A DNA stretch of 62,790 bases, the filler included. It is 4 parts of 4 records of this genome, joined end to end, with 100 filler letters (N's around TTAATTAATTAA, not from the genome) between each part and the next. Parts side by side here need not be neighbours in the genome. Positions count along the whole stretch, not along the records: positions 14,325 to 32,892 come from DRR723986_10252; 3 more parts are not named here. One strand, 5' to 3'. Positions 16,796-27,716 of the stretch are shown in pieces. How positions within the stretch are numbered: position 1 is the first letter of the stretch; each line of letters starts with the position of its first letter. The notes beneath the pieces were generated by a model. That model did no database searches, had not been told where the DNA came from, and saw only the letters and a program-made list of their open reading frames with translations. Made by a program: the position numbers and the translations under genes.

Positions 16796-19700
16796 TCAGC
16801 GCACCTGCAGTATGTCTCCGGCGGTATGCCCGGCGAACTCGGGCGCGTACATCGACTGGACAGTACTGATACCATTGCTAAATGTGCCGCGATGTGCTAC
16901 ATGCAGATCGTACTCCAACACATAGGTGCCGGGACGCATGCGGCTGATGAAGAAGTTGACCGAGGCGTCACGCACGCTCATATAGTATGAGAGTCCACCC
17001 TGCCGGCGATACCCGGAGAGCACGTCGCGTGGTTCAAAACCTGCGCCGCGCATGTCCTGCAGATGCAGGTATTCCATCTCGCGGTCACAGCGGACTTCGA
17101 GGCGCACGACGAGGGTCTCACCGACTTTGAGTCCAGTGTCCGCATCCACGGGACGCAGAGTCTCACCGTCTGCAGACTTAACACGCACAAACAGGCGTTT
17201 GTTAACTGAGAGCGGTGCATCGTCGCTGCCGGTGGCTGCGGGGATTTTGTCCAGGTCTTCGTAGTACTGCCAGTACATGCCGGCCCAGTTGAGCGTCTTG
17301 CCTTTGTTGTAAATTTCGACTTCACCCTGGCTGGAGTTAATCTCAACGCCGGACCAATCCGCACGCACATAGCCGAGGCCGGCCAGCGCGGTCGCATCCG
17401 CATCCGGTTCAAACGCGCGGCCGCCAAACTTAACATCGGCTTGGCCCTGCTCGATTAACATATCCGCGCCGCCCTGCAGAACGGCATAACATGCCAAAGC
17501 GGTGGCACGTGTATTGCCCCAGTGTGTTGTGCGTTTGCGCTGCAGCAGCCACATTTGCATCTCAGCAACGGCGGCGCGGTCCTGCGCCACTTCACGGAAA
17601 AGATCAATCGCCAGCGCCTGAGACTCAATCTTTGAATTATACCAGAGCCAGGCACGCTGGTTTTTCCAGTACATGCCAAATTCGTCCGAGCGCACGGCGC
17701 GCTCACGCAATGAGTTAACAATTGTTTTGGCGATGTCGGACTCATCGGCGCGGTGGAAGACTAAACCGATCATCGACTGGGTCATAACACTTTGTTTAAG
17801 CCAGTGATCCTGCGCCTGTTTTAACCAAAAGGCATAGGACGCGCGCGCCTGGCTTGAGGGTCGGCTGCCGGGCTCAAAAGAACGCGCGAACATATAGAGC
17901 ACAGCTCCGGCTGAAAGGTAGTTGTCTTCAGGATCAAAGTTTTTGCGCGCGATCAGGTTTTTATGCCGGCGGCTGTATTCATCATCCAGGAAGCGCAGAC
18001 CAGCATTGTACATTCCACGCAGTTTAACAAGCGTCAGCTTGTCTTCAACGGCCTGCATTTTAAGTAGCTGGCCGATGCCGGAAGTAATGTATGCCGTGAT
18101 GTACGTATCGGCACGGCCACCGGCGAACCAGGGCCAGGATCCGTCGGAGCTTTGGCGTTCGGCCAGCTTCGCGGCCGTACCTGCCAGGCCGTCGCGCAGC
18201 TGCTGAACATCCATGAGCAACGAGACCCGCCGCATTTGTTCTGTTTGATTGAGGCCATCAAACAGCCAGGGCGTGGCTTCGAGTAAAACAGACTTTAAGT
18301 CCTGGTTGCGCTGCAGCGGTGAGAGCAGCTGTCTATCTTCAGCGCGCCATTGATCCATCACCTGTTTAATCCGCGGGTTATCGGCCAGAATTTTGCCGGC
18401 GACGGCATTCGCAAACAAACGGCTGTAGAGCTGTTCCGAACAATCGTAGGGATATTCAATTAAATACGGCAGCGCCTGCACGACGTACCAGGTTGGATTT
18501 AATGTCAGCTCAAAACTTAAACTGCGGTGTTTAAGTGTAGATGACTTGTCGGCTTCGAGCAGATTGGGCAGCTCAAAGGATTTGCGCACACCGGCACGCA
18601 CCGACATTGCCAGAGTCTCCGTCACCAGACGGCGATTCGGCAGGACTGGAATCACATTTTCTTCGGCATCGCTGAAGGCAGCCGTCGAAGCTTCCAGGTA
18701 ATAGGAAATGACTTCAACACCCTGCGGAACTTTTATGCGCCAGACGGCCGTTGCGGCACCTTTGGCCGGAAGTTCTAGTTCGCGCTTAACATCTCCGAGA
18801 ATAATAGACTGGAGGTCAGCACCAGTCAGCGCATTTGTTAACCTGATGCCGGCGCTGCCTGCCGCCGGCGTATTTAACATATTGCGCACTTGCACGGGCA
18901 GTTCAATTTCATCACCGGCGCGCAGGAAACGCGGCATATTCGGCAGCAGCATTAACTCTTTCTGCGTGACGATTTCGGTTTCCAGATAGTCGGCCTGCAT
19001 CTGGGGCGTGTGCGCCAGCGCCATAAAACGCCAGCGCGTTAAGGCGTCGGGCATGCTGAAACTCAGGACATATTGTCCGTCTGCATTCGTCCGCACTTGC
19101 GGCATAAAGAATGCGGTCTCACGGAAGTCACGGCGCACTTGTGGCGTGGCACTGCGCTTCTGCGAGCTTGTGGATTCGGGAGACTCATCGTCTGCAGAGT
19201 CGTCTGCCGAGGCAGTAGCACTCCCAGCATATTGAACGATTTCATGTGCACCGTCTGCGGCCACCGCAAGGCCATTGACGGCATTTTCAGACAAAGCAAC
19301 ATTTGCCGGCGCAGCCTTGCCATTGAGTTCCATCGCCATCCCGCCGACACCGCGATTGCGAGCAAAGGCGATACGCGGAGAAGCAACAAGTTCCCTCAGC
19401 CTGTCAGCCGGCAATCCACCCCAAGCCCCGTAATACGGCTGGTTCAAGAAATTAAACTGATGTTCACGCGCCACGTTAAAGTCTTTAAGCACAAGTTTTA
19501 AATTTTCCGATGCCGGGAAATTGCGCCAGTTAAATATCGACTCACCGCTGTTGCCGGCGCGGATACTCCCCCAGTTGTGACCAACAAATTCATCAAGTGA
19601 CGCATCGTACATCGCCGCCAAAAGTTCGGCTGCTACCGCCTCACCATCCGGCCCGGCAATTGTTAAACGCCATTCCTCTTCGGCACCAGGTCGTGTTTTA

Positions 19701-22700
19701 TCGCGATAGCTTGCCAGCTTTAAGTCCAGACGTTTATTACTCCAGTTAACACGAACATTCTGACGGCGCTGGTAGGCGCGATATTCGCGTGCCGCTATCA
19801 CCTGCACCTGAATCCCGCCGCGATGTACGGCTTTAACTGGAAATTCAATCAGTTGCTGGTCTTTGTTTAGCATCAGCTCACGCGTCAGCAGCACGTCTTC
19901 ACGGAAGGTTAAGCGCACCGTAACCGGCATATCCGCATATGCCGATCCGACTGAAACCCGCAAAGTATCACCAGGCTCCAGTCCCATTTTTTCGATGTGC
20001 ATGTCAAAAGGTTGATGCGCCAGGACTTCATCTGCAAACATGTCAAAGACTGTCGTGAGCCGACGGGTCTCAACCGCACGACCAAATTTATCGGTCGAGA
20101 ACATGCTAACGCGGTACACGCCCGGTGGCATCTGCGGCAAATCAAAGCTTGCGGCCGCGTTGGGTTCACTGCTGAAGTCCTGCTTAAGAACTTCGCGCCG
20201 TACAGGCCAGCCGGCCGGATCCAACTCTGCGAGGTAGGCGTCCAGCGGCAACAGTTGATGATACTCGGCGCGCGCAAGCAGGCTCGTATCTGCGGGCTGC
20301 CAGAGTGGCGCGCGCATAACGGACTTGGGCGGTTGCAATTCTTCAATAATTACAGTTCCGCGCGCGGCAACGGCGCGCCCGCCCAGGTTGTTCGCAAACA
20401 CTTTAAATTGTTTAAGGTCTCGGATATTAACTTCGGCAGGCAGTGTAGAGCGTAGCTCCAGAGTGCGCGCACCAATTTTAACATCACTTTCTGCGGTGCG
20501 CGTCTCACCGGCCGGATCCGTCACCTTTACTTCGATGCGATACCTGTAAGCCAAATTCGGGTCCGCCGCAATGCGCGCTTCAGAGGCTTCAGCAACAAAG
20601 TCAAGCGTAAAAGCACCGGCAGAATCAGTCCTCGTTGAACCTACCGCAATCACCTGCGCCGATTCACTCGGCATGCTGCTGCGCCGGTAGCTGCTGTAAT
20701 AACCATACCAGGGGCGCCAGATTGGTAATCGCTCCACGGTAAATTCAACTTGTGCATCGGCGACATCATATCCGGCAAGGCCACTGGCTTTACCAAAAAT
20801 CTTGACGTCTTTGTTTAACTTCCAGCTTGAATCACTTGGCAGAATCTCAACCTCAAAACGCGGACGCTTATATTCTTCAATGCGAATGTTCTTATAACCA
20901 TGATCCGTGCGAATCGAATGCACTCCCGTCAGGCCGGACGGCGCTACAAAACTGCCCGTAAAGGATCCAAACTGATTGGTCTCGAGTTCAAGCTTGCCCA
21001 GTTCGCGGCCGTTGACATCTGAAAAGACCACAGTCTCTTCGCGCTCAGCCGCCGCCTGCTTGTCACCTTCGGCGCGCTTGTTAACATATGAGATGCCTTT
21101 GAAATAGATTGGCTGCCCGGGACGGTAGATTGCCCGATCCGTGAAAATCTCAGTTGTGATCGACTCTTTAGCCTTGCGGTACTCGCGGCCGCCATTAATT
21201 GATCTGGAACCATGCCACAGACTATCAGAACCGGAAAACAGTTCGAGTGCATAGGAGTTGTTCATCGGCAAAGCCCCAAGGTCGATTTCGCCCTCAGAAT
21301 CCGATCTGCCGGACATAGCTTCGAACGGCATCGAACGTCGCGCAACTCTGTCGTACTCAAAACGGTACAGTTTAACCCGCACGTCACCCTTTGTTTTGCC
21401 GCTGCCTGCATCCACCGTACGCAGAACTCCCGCCGAATTCGCTGCACCCAGCTGCATCCAGCCCAGGCGACTTGCAAAAATGCCCGCCTGCACCACCAGC
21501 CCCGAGTCGGCCAGGAAGTCAGAACGTTCCGACAGCTCCACAACATAACTGCCCAGAGGCAGCGACTCCATCACCGTCTCAATGCTGTGCCGCTGATAGT
21601 CGTCAAAATCAACAAGCGGAATTGTCCAGCTGCGCACAGTTTGGCCGGTGCGCAGCGGCGCAACGTGCGAGCGCAATAGAAAAGTGCGCATTGCGCCAAA
21701 ATCCAAGCGCATAACCCGCGCGTACACGGAGTTAAGATTGCTGTAGTCAATTTTTAGGGGGAAGTTTTTATCCGGCTCAACCTGATACGGCACAGAGACA
21801 TTTAACTGCACGGCTTTGATGCTCCTCAGCAAAGCCCGGCACCTGTCAGCCCCAGGCGAGTCAGGCATAAAACGCAACACCCGCTCACAAATCGCCACGG
21901 CGGCCACCTTGTCATTCTCCTGGCCCTTATGCATTTCCGCTTTTGCCGCCAAAGCCAGTGAGGCAACATCAGATTCGGCCGTCGCTCCAAGTTCCGCCAG
22001 GCGCTGCATATATAATGCGTCTTTGTTCCCTGTCGCCAGGAATTGATGTGCCAGCCGCAGGCGCTTCAGATCATAAGCATCCGCGCATTCCGCACAGTCT
22101 GAAGCATGCGCGCGCAGTAGCTGCTGATACGTGCGCATCAATGCATTAAAGGGTCCGGCACCACTGAAATCCGCACGTTCAAAGTTTTTGCGTGCAGCGA
22201 GTGCCTCCGGCCTGGATGGTGTTGTGTAGTCCGCCGGCTTGGCCCAGCTATTCAGCTTGGATTCCAGAAACTCAATCTTGTGATTTGCCAAAATGTCGTA
22301 AAGTGTGGGGCGGCGCAGCTGCCCGTTTGCCATCGTATCAATAATCGCCAGCAAATCGCGCGCCCGCACGCCCAACAATTCAGTTGAGTCGCGTAGCGCC
22401 AACGCATACTGCCTGAGCGATTCATTATATAGTCTGTCGGCTGACCAGGTATCTATCGCAGTGGAAGTATCGTTCTGGATCTCCGTGCGCTGCCCAATCC
22501 TCCAGCGATTCTCATTGTAATACTGGTCTAGAGCCGCCGCGTACGTGGCGTGCAGAATGTTGCGTGCCGGAAATTCGGCCTTGCCCAACATCTGCCTCAG
22601 CGTATCGAGCACTGCCGTGCGTGGCGCTTCCGTATAGGTCTGGCCCACGATGGTCATTTGCAGGCGCGCGCGAATCGACCAATCCACATGTCCTTTTTTA

Positions 22701-22939
22701 TCCGCACGCTCAATTATTTGTCCATAAAACTCACTCGCCGAGCGCGGCTGCCCGGCACGTGTCACCAGCGAGTCGGCGTGGTCCATAAGGCTGTCGTAAT
22801 AGCGTTGATCCTCTTCTTCAATTCGGGATTCTGGTGATGGCCGGGAGAACATCTGGGACCAGGTAATCGCAAAAATCGTCAGGGCCGCAAGGCCCAGTAT
22901 CACTGGCAGAGGGAGTCTGGTTTGCGTATTCATGCTCAA
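16796..22939 (-). CDS. Bacterial alpha-2-macroglobulin
   Basis: 2047 aa; MG2 motif FTDRAIYRPGQ, RRDFRETAFF, PDALTRWR, thioester YPYDCSEQ, C-terminal QSMYAPEF. Confidence 0.95.
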   Translation of the reverse strand: MSMNTQTRLPLPVILGLAALTIFAITWSQMFSRPSPESRIEEEDQRYYDSLMDHADSLVTRAGQPRSASEFYGQIIERADKKGHVDWSIRARLQMTIVGQTYTEAPRTAVLDTLRQMLGKAEFPARNILHATYAAALDQYYNENRWRIGQRTEIQNDTSTAIDTWSADRLYNESLRQYALALRDSTELLGVRARDLLAIIDTMANGQLRRPTLYDILANHKIEFLESKLNSWAKPADYTTPSRPEALAARKNFERADFSGAGPFNALMRTYQQLLRAHASDCAECADAYDLKRLRLAHQFLATGNKDALYMQRLAELGATAESDVASLALAAKAEMHKGQENDKVAAVAICERVLRFMPDSPGADRCRALLRSIKAVQLNVSVPYQVEPDKNFPLKIDYSNLNSVYARVMRLDFGAMRTFLLRSHVAPLRTGQTVRSWTIPLVDFDDYQRHSIETVMESLPLGSYVVELSERSDFLADSGLVVQAGIFASRLGWMQLGAANSAGVLRTVDAGSGKTKGDVRVKLYRFEYDRVARRSMPFEAMSGRSDSEGEIDLGALPMNNSYALELFSGSDSLWHGSRSINGGREYRKAKESITTEIFTDRAIYRPGQPIYFKGISYVNKRAEGDKQAAAEREETVVFSDVNGRELGKLELETNQFGSFTGSFVAPSGLTGVHSIRTDHGYKNIRIEEYKRPRFEVEILPSDSSWKLNKDVKIFGKASGLAGYDVADAQVEFTVERLPIWRPWYGYYSSYRRSSMPSESAQVIAVGSTRTDSAGAFTLDFVAEASEARIAADPNLAYRYRIEVKVTDPAGETRTAESDVKIGARTLELRSTLPAEVNIRDLKQFKVFANNLGGRAVAARGTVIIEELQPPKSVMRAPLWQPADTSLLARAEYHQLLPLDAYLAELDPAGWPVRREVLKQDFSSEPNAAASFDLPQMPPGVYRVSMFSTDKFGRAVETRRLTTVFDMFADEVLAHQPFDMHIEKMGLEPGDTLRVSVGSAYADMPVTVRLTFREDVLLTRELMLNKDQQLIEFPVKAVHRGGIQVQVIAAREYRAYQRRQNVRVNWSNKRLDLKLASYRDKTRPGAEEEWRLTIAGPDGEAVAAELLAAMYDASLDEFVGHNWGSIRAGNSGESIFNWRNFPASENLKLVLKDFNVAREHQFNFLNQPYYGAWGGLPADRLRELVASPRIAFARNRGVGGMAMELNGKAAPANVALSENAVNGLAVAADGAHEIVQYAGSATASADDSADDESPESTSSQKRSATPQVRRDFRETAFFMPQVRTNADGQYVLSFSMPDALTRWRFMALAHTPQMQADYLETEIVTQKELMLLPNMPRFLRAGDEIELPVQVRNMLNTPAAGSAGIRLTNALTGADLQSIILGDVKRELELPAKGAATAVWRIKVPQGVEVISYYLEASTAAFSDAEENVIPVLPNRRLVTETLAMSVRAGVRKSFELPNLLEADKSSTLKHRSLSFELTLNPTWYVVQALPYLIEYPYDCSEQLYSRLFANAVAGKILADNPRIKQVMDQWRAEDRQLLSPLQRNQDLKSVLLEATPWLFDGLNQTEQMRRVSLLMDVQQLRDGLAGTAAKLAERQSSDGSWPWFAGGRADTYITAYITSGIGQLLKMQAVEDKLTLVKLRGMYNAGLRFLDDEYSRRHKNLIARKNFDPEDNYLSAGAVLYMFARSFEPGSRPSSQARASYAFWLKQAQDHWLKQSVMTQSMIGLVFHRADESDIAKTIVNSLRERAVRSDEFGMYWKNQRAWLWYNSKIESQALAIDLFREVAQDRAAVAEMQMWLLQRKRTTHWGNTRATALACYAVLQGGADMLIEQGQADVKFGGRAFEPDADATALAGLGYVRADWSGVEINSSQGEVEIYNKGKTLNWAGMYWQYYEDLDKIPAATGSDDAPLSVNKRLFVRVKSADGETLRPVDADTGLKVGETLVVRLEVRCDREMEYLHLQDMRGAGFEPRDVLSGYRRQGGLSYYMSVRDASVNFFISRMRPGTYVLEYDLHVAHRGTFSNGISTVQSMYAPEFAGHTAGDILQVR

Positions 22940-23482
22940 TTATTCGCCAAAAAGAGGAAAATATTGAAACGCACCTTCTCACTGTGCGCTGGATATCCCG
23001 CAAGTTAAGCATTGTATCCCGACGAGTTGCCAAGTCGTGGCAGGCGACCCAATTTTCACCCAACGCCGCCTCGATTCCTCCAATCGCTCTATTAGGATTA
23101 GCTCGTGCAGCATTGACATCGACGAGTTTTTGCTGCGCGCTTTATGCCTGGCGGCATAGCTTTTATGGATGTTCTTGTTAGTTCATGGGGCTCAAACCCA
23201 CAGCTCTTGCGCAAACCACAAGTTCTTTGCGTTCACTGCAGTCAGCCTGGAATTCCCGCTCGTGGCAGTATCCATCACGCCGCACAACCATCAACCGTGC
23301 GTGCATAAAATCACAGCGTGGCTTGCACTGACTAAGGATAGTTTGATTTCGATTTCTTTTTCTCACAGCATCGGAAAAACGCGCATACAAAACCGACATC
23401 TTTAAGCACATACAATTCTAAGCAGGTAATATAGCGCAGCATCGGATTCGGCTCTTAGAATTGACCCAAATGGCGGCGCAAC

Positions 23483-23513
23483 AAAAAATGCCCGTAAAAA
23501 CGGGCACATTTTT
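23483..23513. terminator. Bidirectional intrinsic terminator
   Basis: AAAAAA-TGCCCG-TAAAAA-CGGGCA-CATTTTT. Confidence 0.7.
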
Positions 23514-23573
23514 CTGTTGGAGAATCCTGAAGTTTATGTTGCAACCACAACAAACCTTTGTCAGCCAAATGTT

Positions 23574-24287
23574 CTAAGCCGCCAAACTTTGGAGCAGCTT
23601 GCGTTTCGCTACCGGATAAATTGTCTCCACAAATGGGAAATCAATTTCGGTCGCGAACGAATATGTAGCCGGGTTTGGCAGGTCGGGGAACTGCTTCATC
23701 AGCTCCAATTTTAGGGCTCCGGGGGAGCGTTGCACGCGTCTGGTTTGCACGGTTCGCACAAAAACGGTCTTTAACTCGCGGTATTCTTCGCTGGCCGCCG
23801 TGTAGAGCGAAAGTTCATAACGTAGCAGGTGGCAGCGGCGTTCGCGCGCATCGGGCACAAACACATAACCTTCGGCCTGGTAGTTGGGCAGCAGCCCTAC
23901 AACATTTAGCGTCAGGTTGCGCTCCACAAAATCAAAGATAGTACGGCCTTCTTCGATACGTTGTTTAATCATCGGCAGTGCCCAGCGTACGGCAGCCGAC
24001 ACATCTTCTATATGATTTCCTTGAGGCTCGTCGAATTCGTACAGCAGTCGGCGTGTCTCAATGTCTACCGACTTAACAGTTTTTGCCATCATGTCCCGCA
24101 CGGCGTCCGCCGAGCTTTCGATTGCTTTTAAACTGGTGTACAGGTCAATTAACTGTGCCAATTGCGGATAGAGGCGCGAGCGCGAGAAATGCTCGTCAGC
24201 CTGCTTGAGTTCATGCATTATTCGGTAGCGCGTCGCTTCTGCGTCACGCGCAGCACCGAGAAACACCTCCAGAGTTAAACCAGCCAT
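23574..24287 (-). CDS. Conserved hypothetical protein (Bacteroidota-type)
   Basis: 237-aa ORF with GGGAGGG upstream; motifs LYPQLAQLI, VGLLPNY..EGY, DLPNPATY, ETIYPVAKRKL. Confidence 0.8.
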   Translation of the reverse strand: MAGLTLEVFLGAARDAEATRYRIMHELKQADEHFSRSRLYPQLAQLIDLYTSLKAIESSADAVRDMMAKTVKSVDIETRRLLYEFDEPQGNHIEDVSAAVRWALPMIKQRIEEGRTIFDFVERNLTLNVVGLLPNYQAEGYVFVPDARERRCHLLRYELSLYTAASEEYRELKTVFVRTVQTRRVQRSPGALKLELMKQFPDLPNPATYSFATEIDFPFVETIYPVAKRKLLQSLAA

Positions 24288-24769
24288 AGTTAGTCCCTCC
24301 CATGTATTGCACCTAAATTCTTCCGTTGTAAAACTTCAAATACTCAGCCTTAGCTCAGGTTATTAACATAGAGCGTATAAATAATTAACGAATTAAACAA
24401 GGCAAAGTCACAGAATGTGCAAAACTATTTGCGGGTGAACGCAGAATTCAGCGCCAGCTTCAGTGTTAAACTGTTTAACTGGCACTCACCGGACTTTGCT
24501 GCCAACAGAAGTGCTAAAAGAAACAAACAGAAGAAAAGAAACACACTCAATCAAGTGAAAAGTTGGTGTTGTTCGTCAATGCAGAAGTTCCTGAGCCAGA
24601 AGATTACGTTCAGCAGAATTACCAGACATCTTTAGTATTCTTTCGCAAGCATTTGCAAATCAGCGTCTAGGTGCTTAAACTACAAGAAATCGCTTGGTGG
24701 GAATTAGAGTGACCGATACCTTTCAAGAGATGATATATTGAATTTGCTTTCGTTCTGCAAATTTCTCTC

Positions 24770-24800
24770 TTGACGCTATCGGCCACTTTCGTTATCTTTG
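24770..24800 (+). promoter_or_regulatory. Bacteroidota-type promoter
   Basis: TTGACG at 24770 and TATCTTTG (TAnnTTTG) at 24793-24800. Confidence 0.55.
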
Positions 24801-24942
24801 TAGCGGTTGATTAAGAAACGCTTCCTTACTATATGCCAACCTTAAGGAACTGTTTTCGACATAGTGCCGTTGCCATGTGCCACACGCGATAATACGACTG
24901 GATCGCGCTAAAGTTGAAGATGCTTCGCTGCAAGCGTTCCGA

Positions 24943-25143
24943 TCAGAATTCTTGCCGAGGGTCAACTATCACGATGCGCACTGACGTACGCGATTTCAAC
25001 CTCAGCTGATTTCTACTACGAAAAAGACTAGCGTAACTGGACTTTGCAGTAGATTTCATCTTCGTAATGCCATTCAAGTGCCCTTGAGCAACATTTGGCG
25101 TTGCATCAATCTGGCTTTTGTTGTTGTTGTGAAGGTTTTGCAC
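24943..25143 (-). CDS. Candidate small basic protein (66 aa)
   Basis: GTG start preceded by AGGAGGA; no recognisable homology. Confidence 0.3.
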   Translation of the reverse strand: MQNLHNNNKSQIDATPNVAQGHLNGITKMKSTAKSSYASLFRSRNQLRLKSRTSVRIVIVDPRQEF

Positions 25144-25350
25144 GATTCCTCCTGGATTCTCAGTTTAGGGTTCATTGGGAGCGACAAAGGCAATATAGGT
25201 GCGGATTCAGCCGAAAAAGAGGCAGTTTTCGCGCTTCGGTAACATGCAATTTAGTGGGTTAGTGGCGCTGCCAAGACAGCACATTTCAGCCGCAACCTTC
25301 GATTTTTCAACGTTTCGGGCGATTTCGGTCGATTCCCTTGAGGTAAAAGC

Positions 25351-26910
25351 ATGGAAATTATTCGCGAAATTATCCGCGTAGCAACATCTCACGCCTCGTC
25401 GTCGGTTCGGATTATGGATCCTAACGTCGAGCAGAACGCCCTAAACCACTATCTATTCCACGGAATAAAAGAAGATCAGTTCGAATCCGATGACGACGCC
25501 GCCAAGGCGCTGTTCGGCACGGATGCAGCTGACAAGCGATATACAACCCTGCGGGCTCGTTTTTCTGAGTGGATGGTCAACACACTTTTCCATCTGCATG
25601 TCAAACAGCCTGAGTTCACGCCCTATCAGGAAGCACTCTACCAGTGTAACCGCCGCATCTTCCTATCAAAAACCCTTGCCAGCTTCGGTGCCAGCTCCAG
25701 TTCCTCCTGGTTTGCGCGCCGCGTACTGACGCGTTCACAGCGTTATGACCTGACCTCCTTTAGAGTGCAGGCCCTGGAACTGCTACGTGGGCATGCCTCA
25801 CTGAGCGGAGCTGAAAAGGACTTTGAAAGCTATTGTGAAGAAATGCATGAGGCATCGGACACATTGATGAAGGAAATGCGCACGGACGAATATCTGTATC
25901 GCATCTACCTGCATTTCTCGCGTTCTTCAGAAGTTGATGATGAAATCAGGAAATTGGCATCAGACTACGTCAAGGAAGTTGCGGAGATTTATGCGCAGCG
26001 TTCCACGCGTACGATTGCCCTCAATCATTTCCGCCTGCGTTCAATCCAGGCCCAGATAGAAGACAACCACGCTGAAACGATCCGCGTTTGTGACGAAGTA
26101 GAACAATACTTTGAAGACAACCCGCGCTTCGCCAGTAAAGCGCGTCTGGCAGAGTTCCTGCTGCTCAAGATGACCAGCTACTTCTACCTGCGTGACTTTG
26201 AAGCCGGAAGCGCCAATGCCGAAGCTTCAATCGCCTTCTTCAAAAAAGGCACTTACAACTGGTACATCTTTGTTGAGTACTACTTCCTGCTGGCGATGCA
26301 TACTGCCAATTACGTCAAGGCAGCCGACATCTTCCGCGAAGTGGTTTACCACCAGAGTTTCCAGTCACAGGCAGCGCACCGCATTGAAAAATGGCGCATC
26401 TTTGAAGCCTACCTGCGTTACGCACTTGAAATTACCGGTCAGGACGATGCTCTTGATCCTAAATCGAGTTTGATGACGCGTAAGTTCAGCCTCTACAAAT
26501 TCCTGAACGACACTCCCGAGTATGATGAGAAACAACGCGGCCGCAACACCGCAATTCTCAACATCCAGATACTCTTCCTGCTTGAGCGTGAAGATCTGGA
26601 AATTCTACGGACGCGTGCCGGCGAACTGGATCAATATGCCAGTAAACATCTGCGGAAGGAAGACCACTACCGCAGCAACTGCTTCCTGCGCATGATCCGT
26701 GTGACGGTAGACAAGGAATTCGACTACACGCGCATCGAACAGCTGGGACGCAAGTACATCCGTAAACTCAATGCCACTCCGGTTGTATACGATGGCAGCT
26801 TCAACACCCTTGAAGTCATCCCCTATCAAGTCTTGTGGCAGCGTGTTCTGGAGAACCTGCAAAACATCGAACCGGTTGGCGCTGCCGCGGAAGAAGAAAC
26901 CGCAGACTAG
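25351..26910 (+). CDS. Hypothetical all-helical cytoplasmic protein (519 aa)
   Basis: Long ORF with GAGG upstream, consistent codon bias, helical-repeat-like composition, downstream terminator. Confidence 0.85.
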   Translation: MEIIREIIRVATSHASSSVRIMDPNVEQNALNHYLFHGIKEDQFESDDDAAKALFGTDAADKRYTTLRARFSEWMVNTLFHLHVKQPEFTPYQEALYQCNRRIFLSKTLASFGASSSSSWFARRVLTRSQRYDLTSFRVQALELLRGHASLSGAEKDFESYCEEMHEASDTLMKEMRTDEYLYRIYLHFSRSSEVDDEIRKLASDYVKEVAEIYAQRSTRTIALNHFRLRSIQAQIEDNHAETIRVCDEVEQYFEDNPRFASKARLAEFLLLKMTSYFYLRDFEAGSANAEASIAFFKKGTYNWYIFVEYYFLLAMHTANYVKAADIFREVVYHQSFQSQAAHRIEKWRIFEAYLRYALEITGQDDALDPKSSLMTRKFSLYKFLNDTPEYDEKQRGRNTAILNIQILFLLEREDLEILRTRAGELDQYASKHLRKEDHYRSNCFLRMIRVTVDKEFDYTRIEQLGRKYIRKLNATPVVYDGSFNTLEVIPYQVLWQRVLENLQNIEPVGAAAEEETAD

Positions 26911-26941
26911 CCAAACAGCCCGTTTGACATCCATTAAGTTC

Positions 26942-26985
26942 AACACCCCGACAGGTCAATTCCTGCTCGGGGTGTTCTTGTTTTT
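26942..26985 (+). terminator. Intrinsic terminator
   Basis: AACACCCCGA...TCGGGGTGTT stem followed by CTTGTTTTT. Confidence 0.8.
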
Positions 26986-27183
26986 GGCCCTGCACCGCAC
27001 TTTTTGATTGCCACGGCCCGACCGCTGCCGTCCGTCTACTCAATCCAATTTCATAATTGCGGCTTTATTCCATATTTTACCTGTATTCAGATTAACATTA
27101 GTTCAGGCGTATGCTTGCGTACCGGGGAACGGCGCCCCTGCTGCGTGATGCCGCGTTTGATACATTGAAATCGTGTAGAAACA

Positions 27184-27660
27184 ATGCCAACCAATCCCGC
27201 TTTCGACGACGAGCTGCTCCGGCAGATAAACGCAAAAGCCAGTGAACTCTATTTGCGTGATAAACATCCATACGAACTGGCGTATCTCTTGTTTGTTACC
27301 CTGCATGGACTCAAAAAACGCTTCTCCGGCAAATACCAGCAGCAGATAGACTGGTTCTCAGACCTGTTCAACCTGCGTGAAGATTTTCAGATGCATTCAA
27401 AGAATGTACAATTCCGCACCGCCAGAATGACAATCATTAGAACCGTAATGGAAGACGCAGAAACCGAAGAGTCAAGCAAATACGAAATGGTGCGCGTGCT
27501 TTCAGACGCATACGAACTAATTGACCACCTGGGCCACTTGTATCAAATCGCCAGACGCCCAAGCAAGGAACATGTAAATCAGGGAATTCTGGATGCTTCT
27601 GCGCTTGTGAGCAGTGGAATCAGTGATGCGGGTCCGGCCGGTGGTCCCGCAGTGTTGTAA
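27184..27660 (+). CDS. Hypothetical protein
   Basis: 158-aa ORF with protein-like composition, no competing long ORF. Confidence 0.7.
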   Translation: MPTNPAFDDELLRQINAKASELYLRDKHPYELAYLLFVTLHGLKKRFSGKYQQQIDWFSDLFNLREDFQMHSKNVQFRTARMTIIRTVMEDAETEESSKYEMVRVLSDAYELIDHLGHLYQIARRPSKEHVNQGILDASALVSSGISDAGPAGGPAVL

Positions 27661-27716
27661 TCTCAGGTCTCTTACCCACCCAAATGTAGAACTTACCCGC
27701 TGGACAGTCTGCTCTG

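Noticed and set aside
23145..23160. TGCCTGGCGGCATAGC resembling the 5' end of 5S rRNA
   Set aside because: Similarity stops after about 16 nt; the conserved internal 5S motifs and closing stem are absent.
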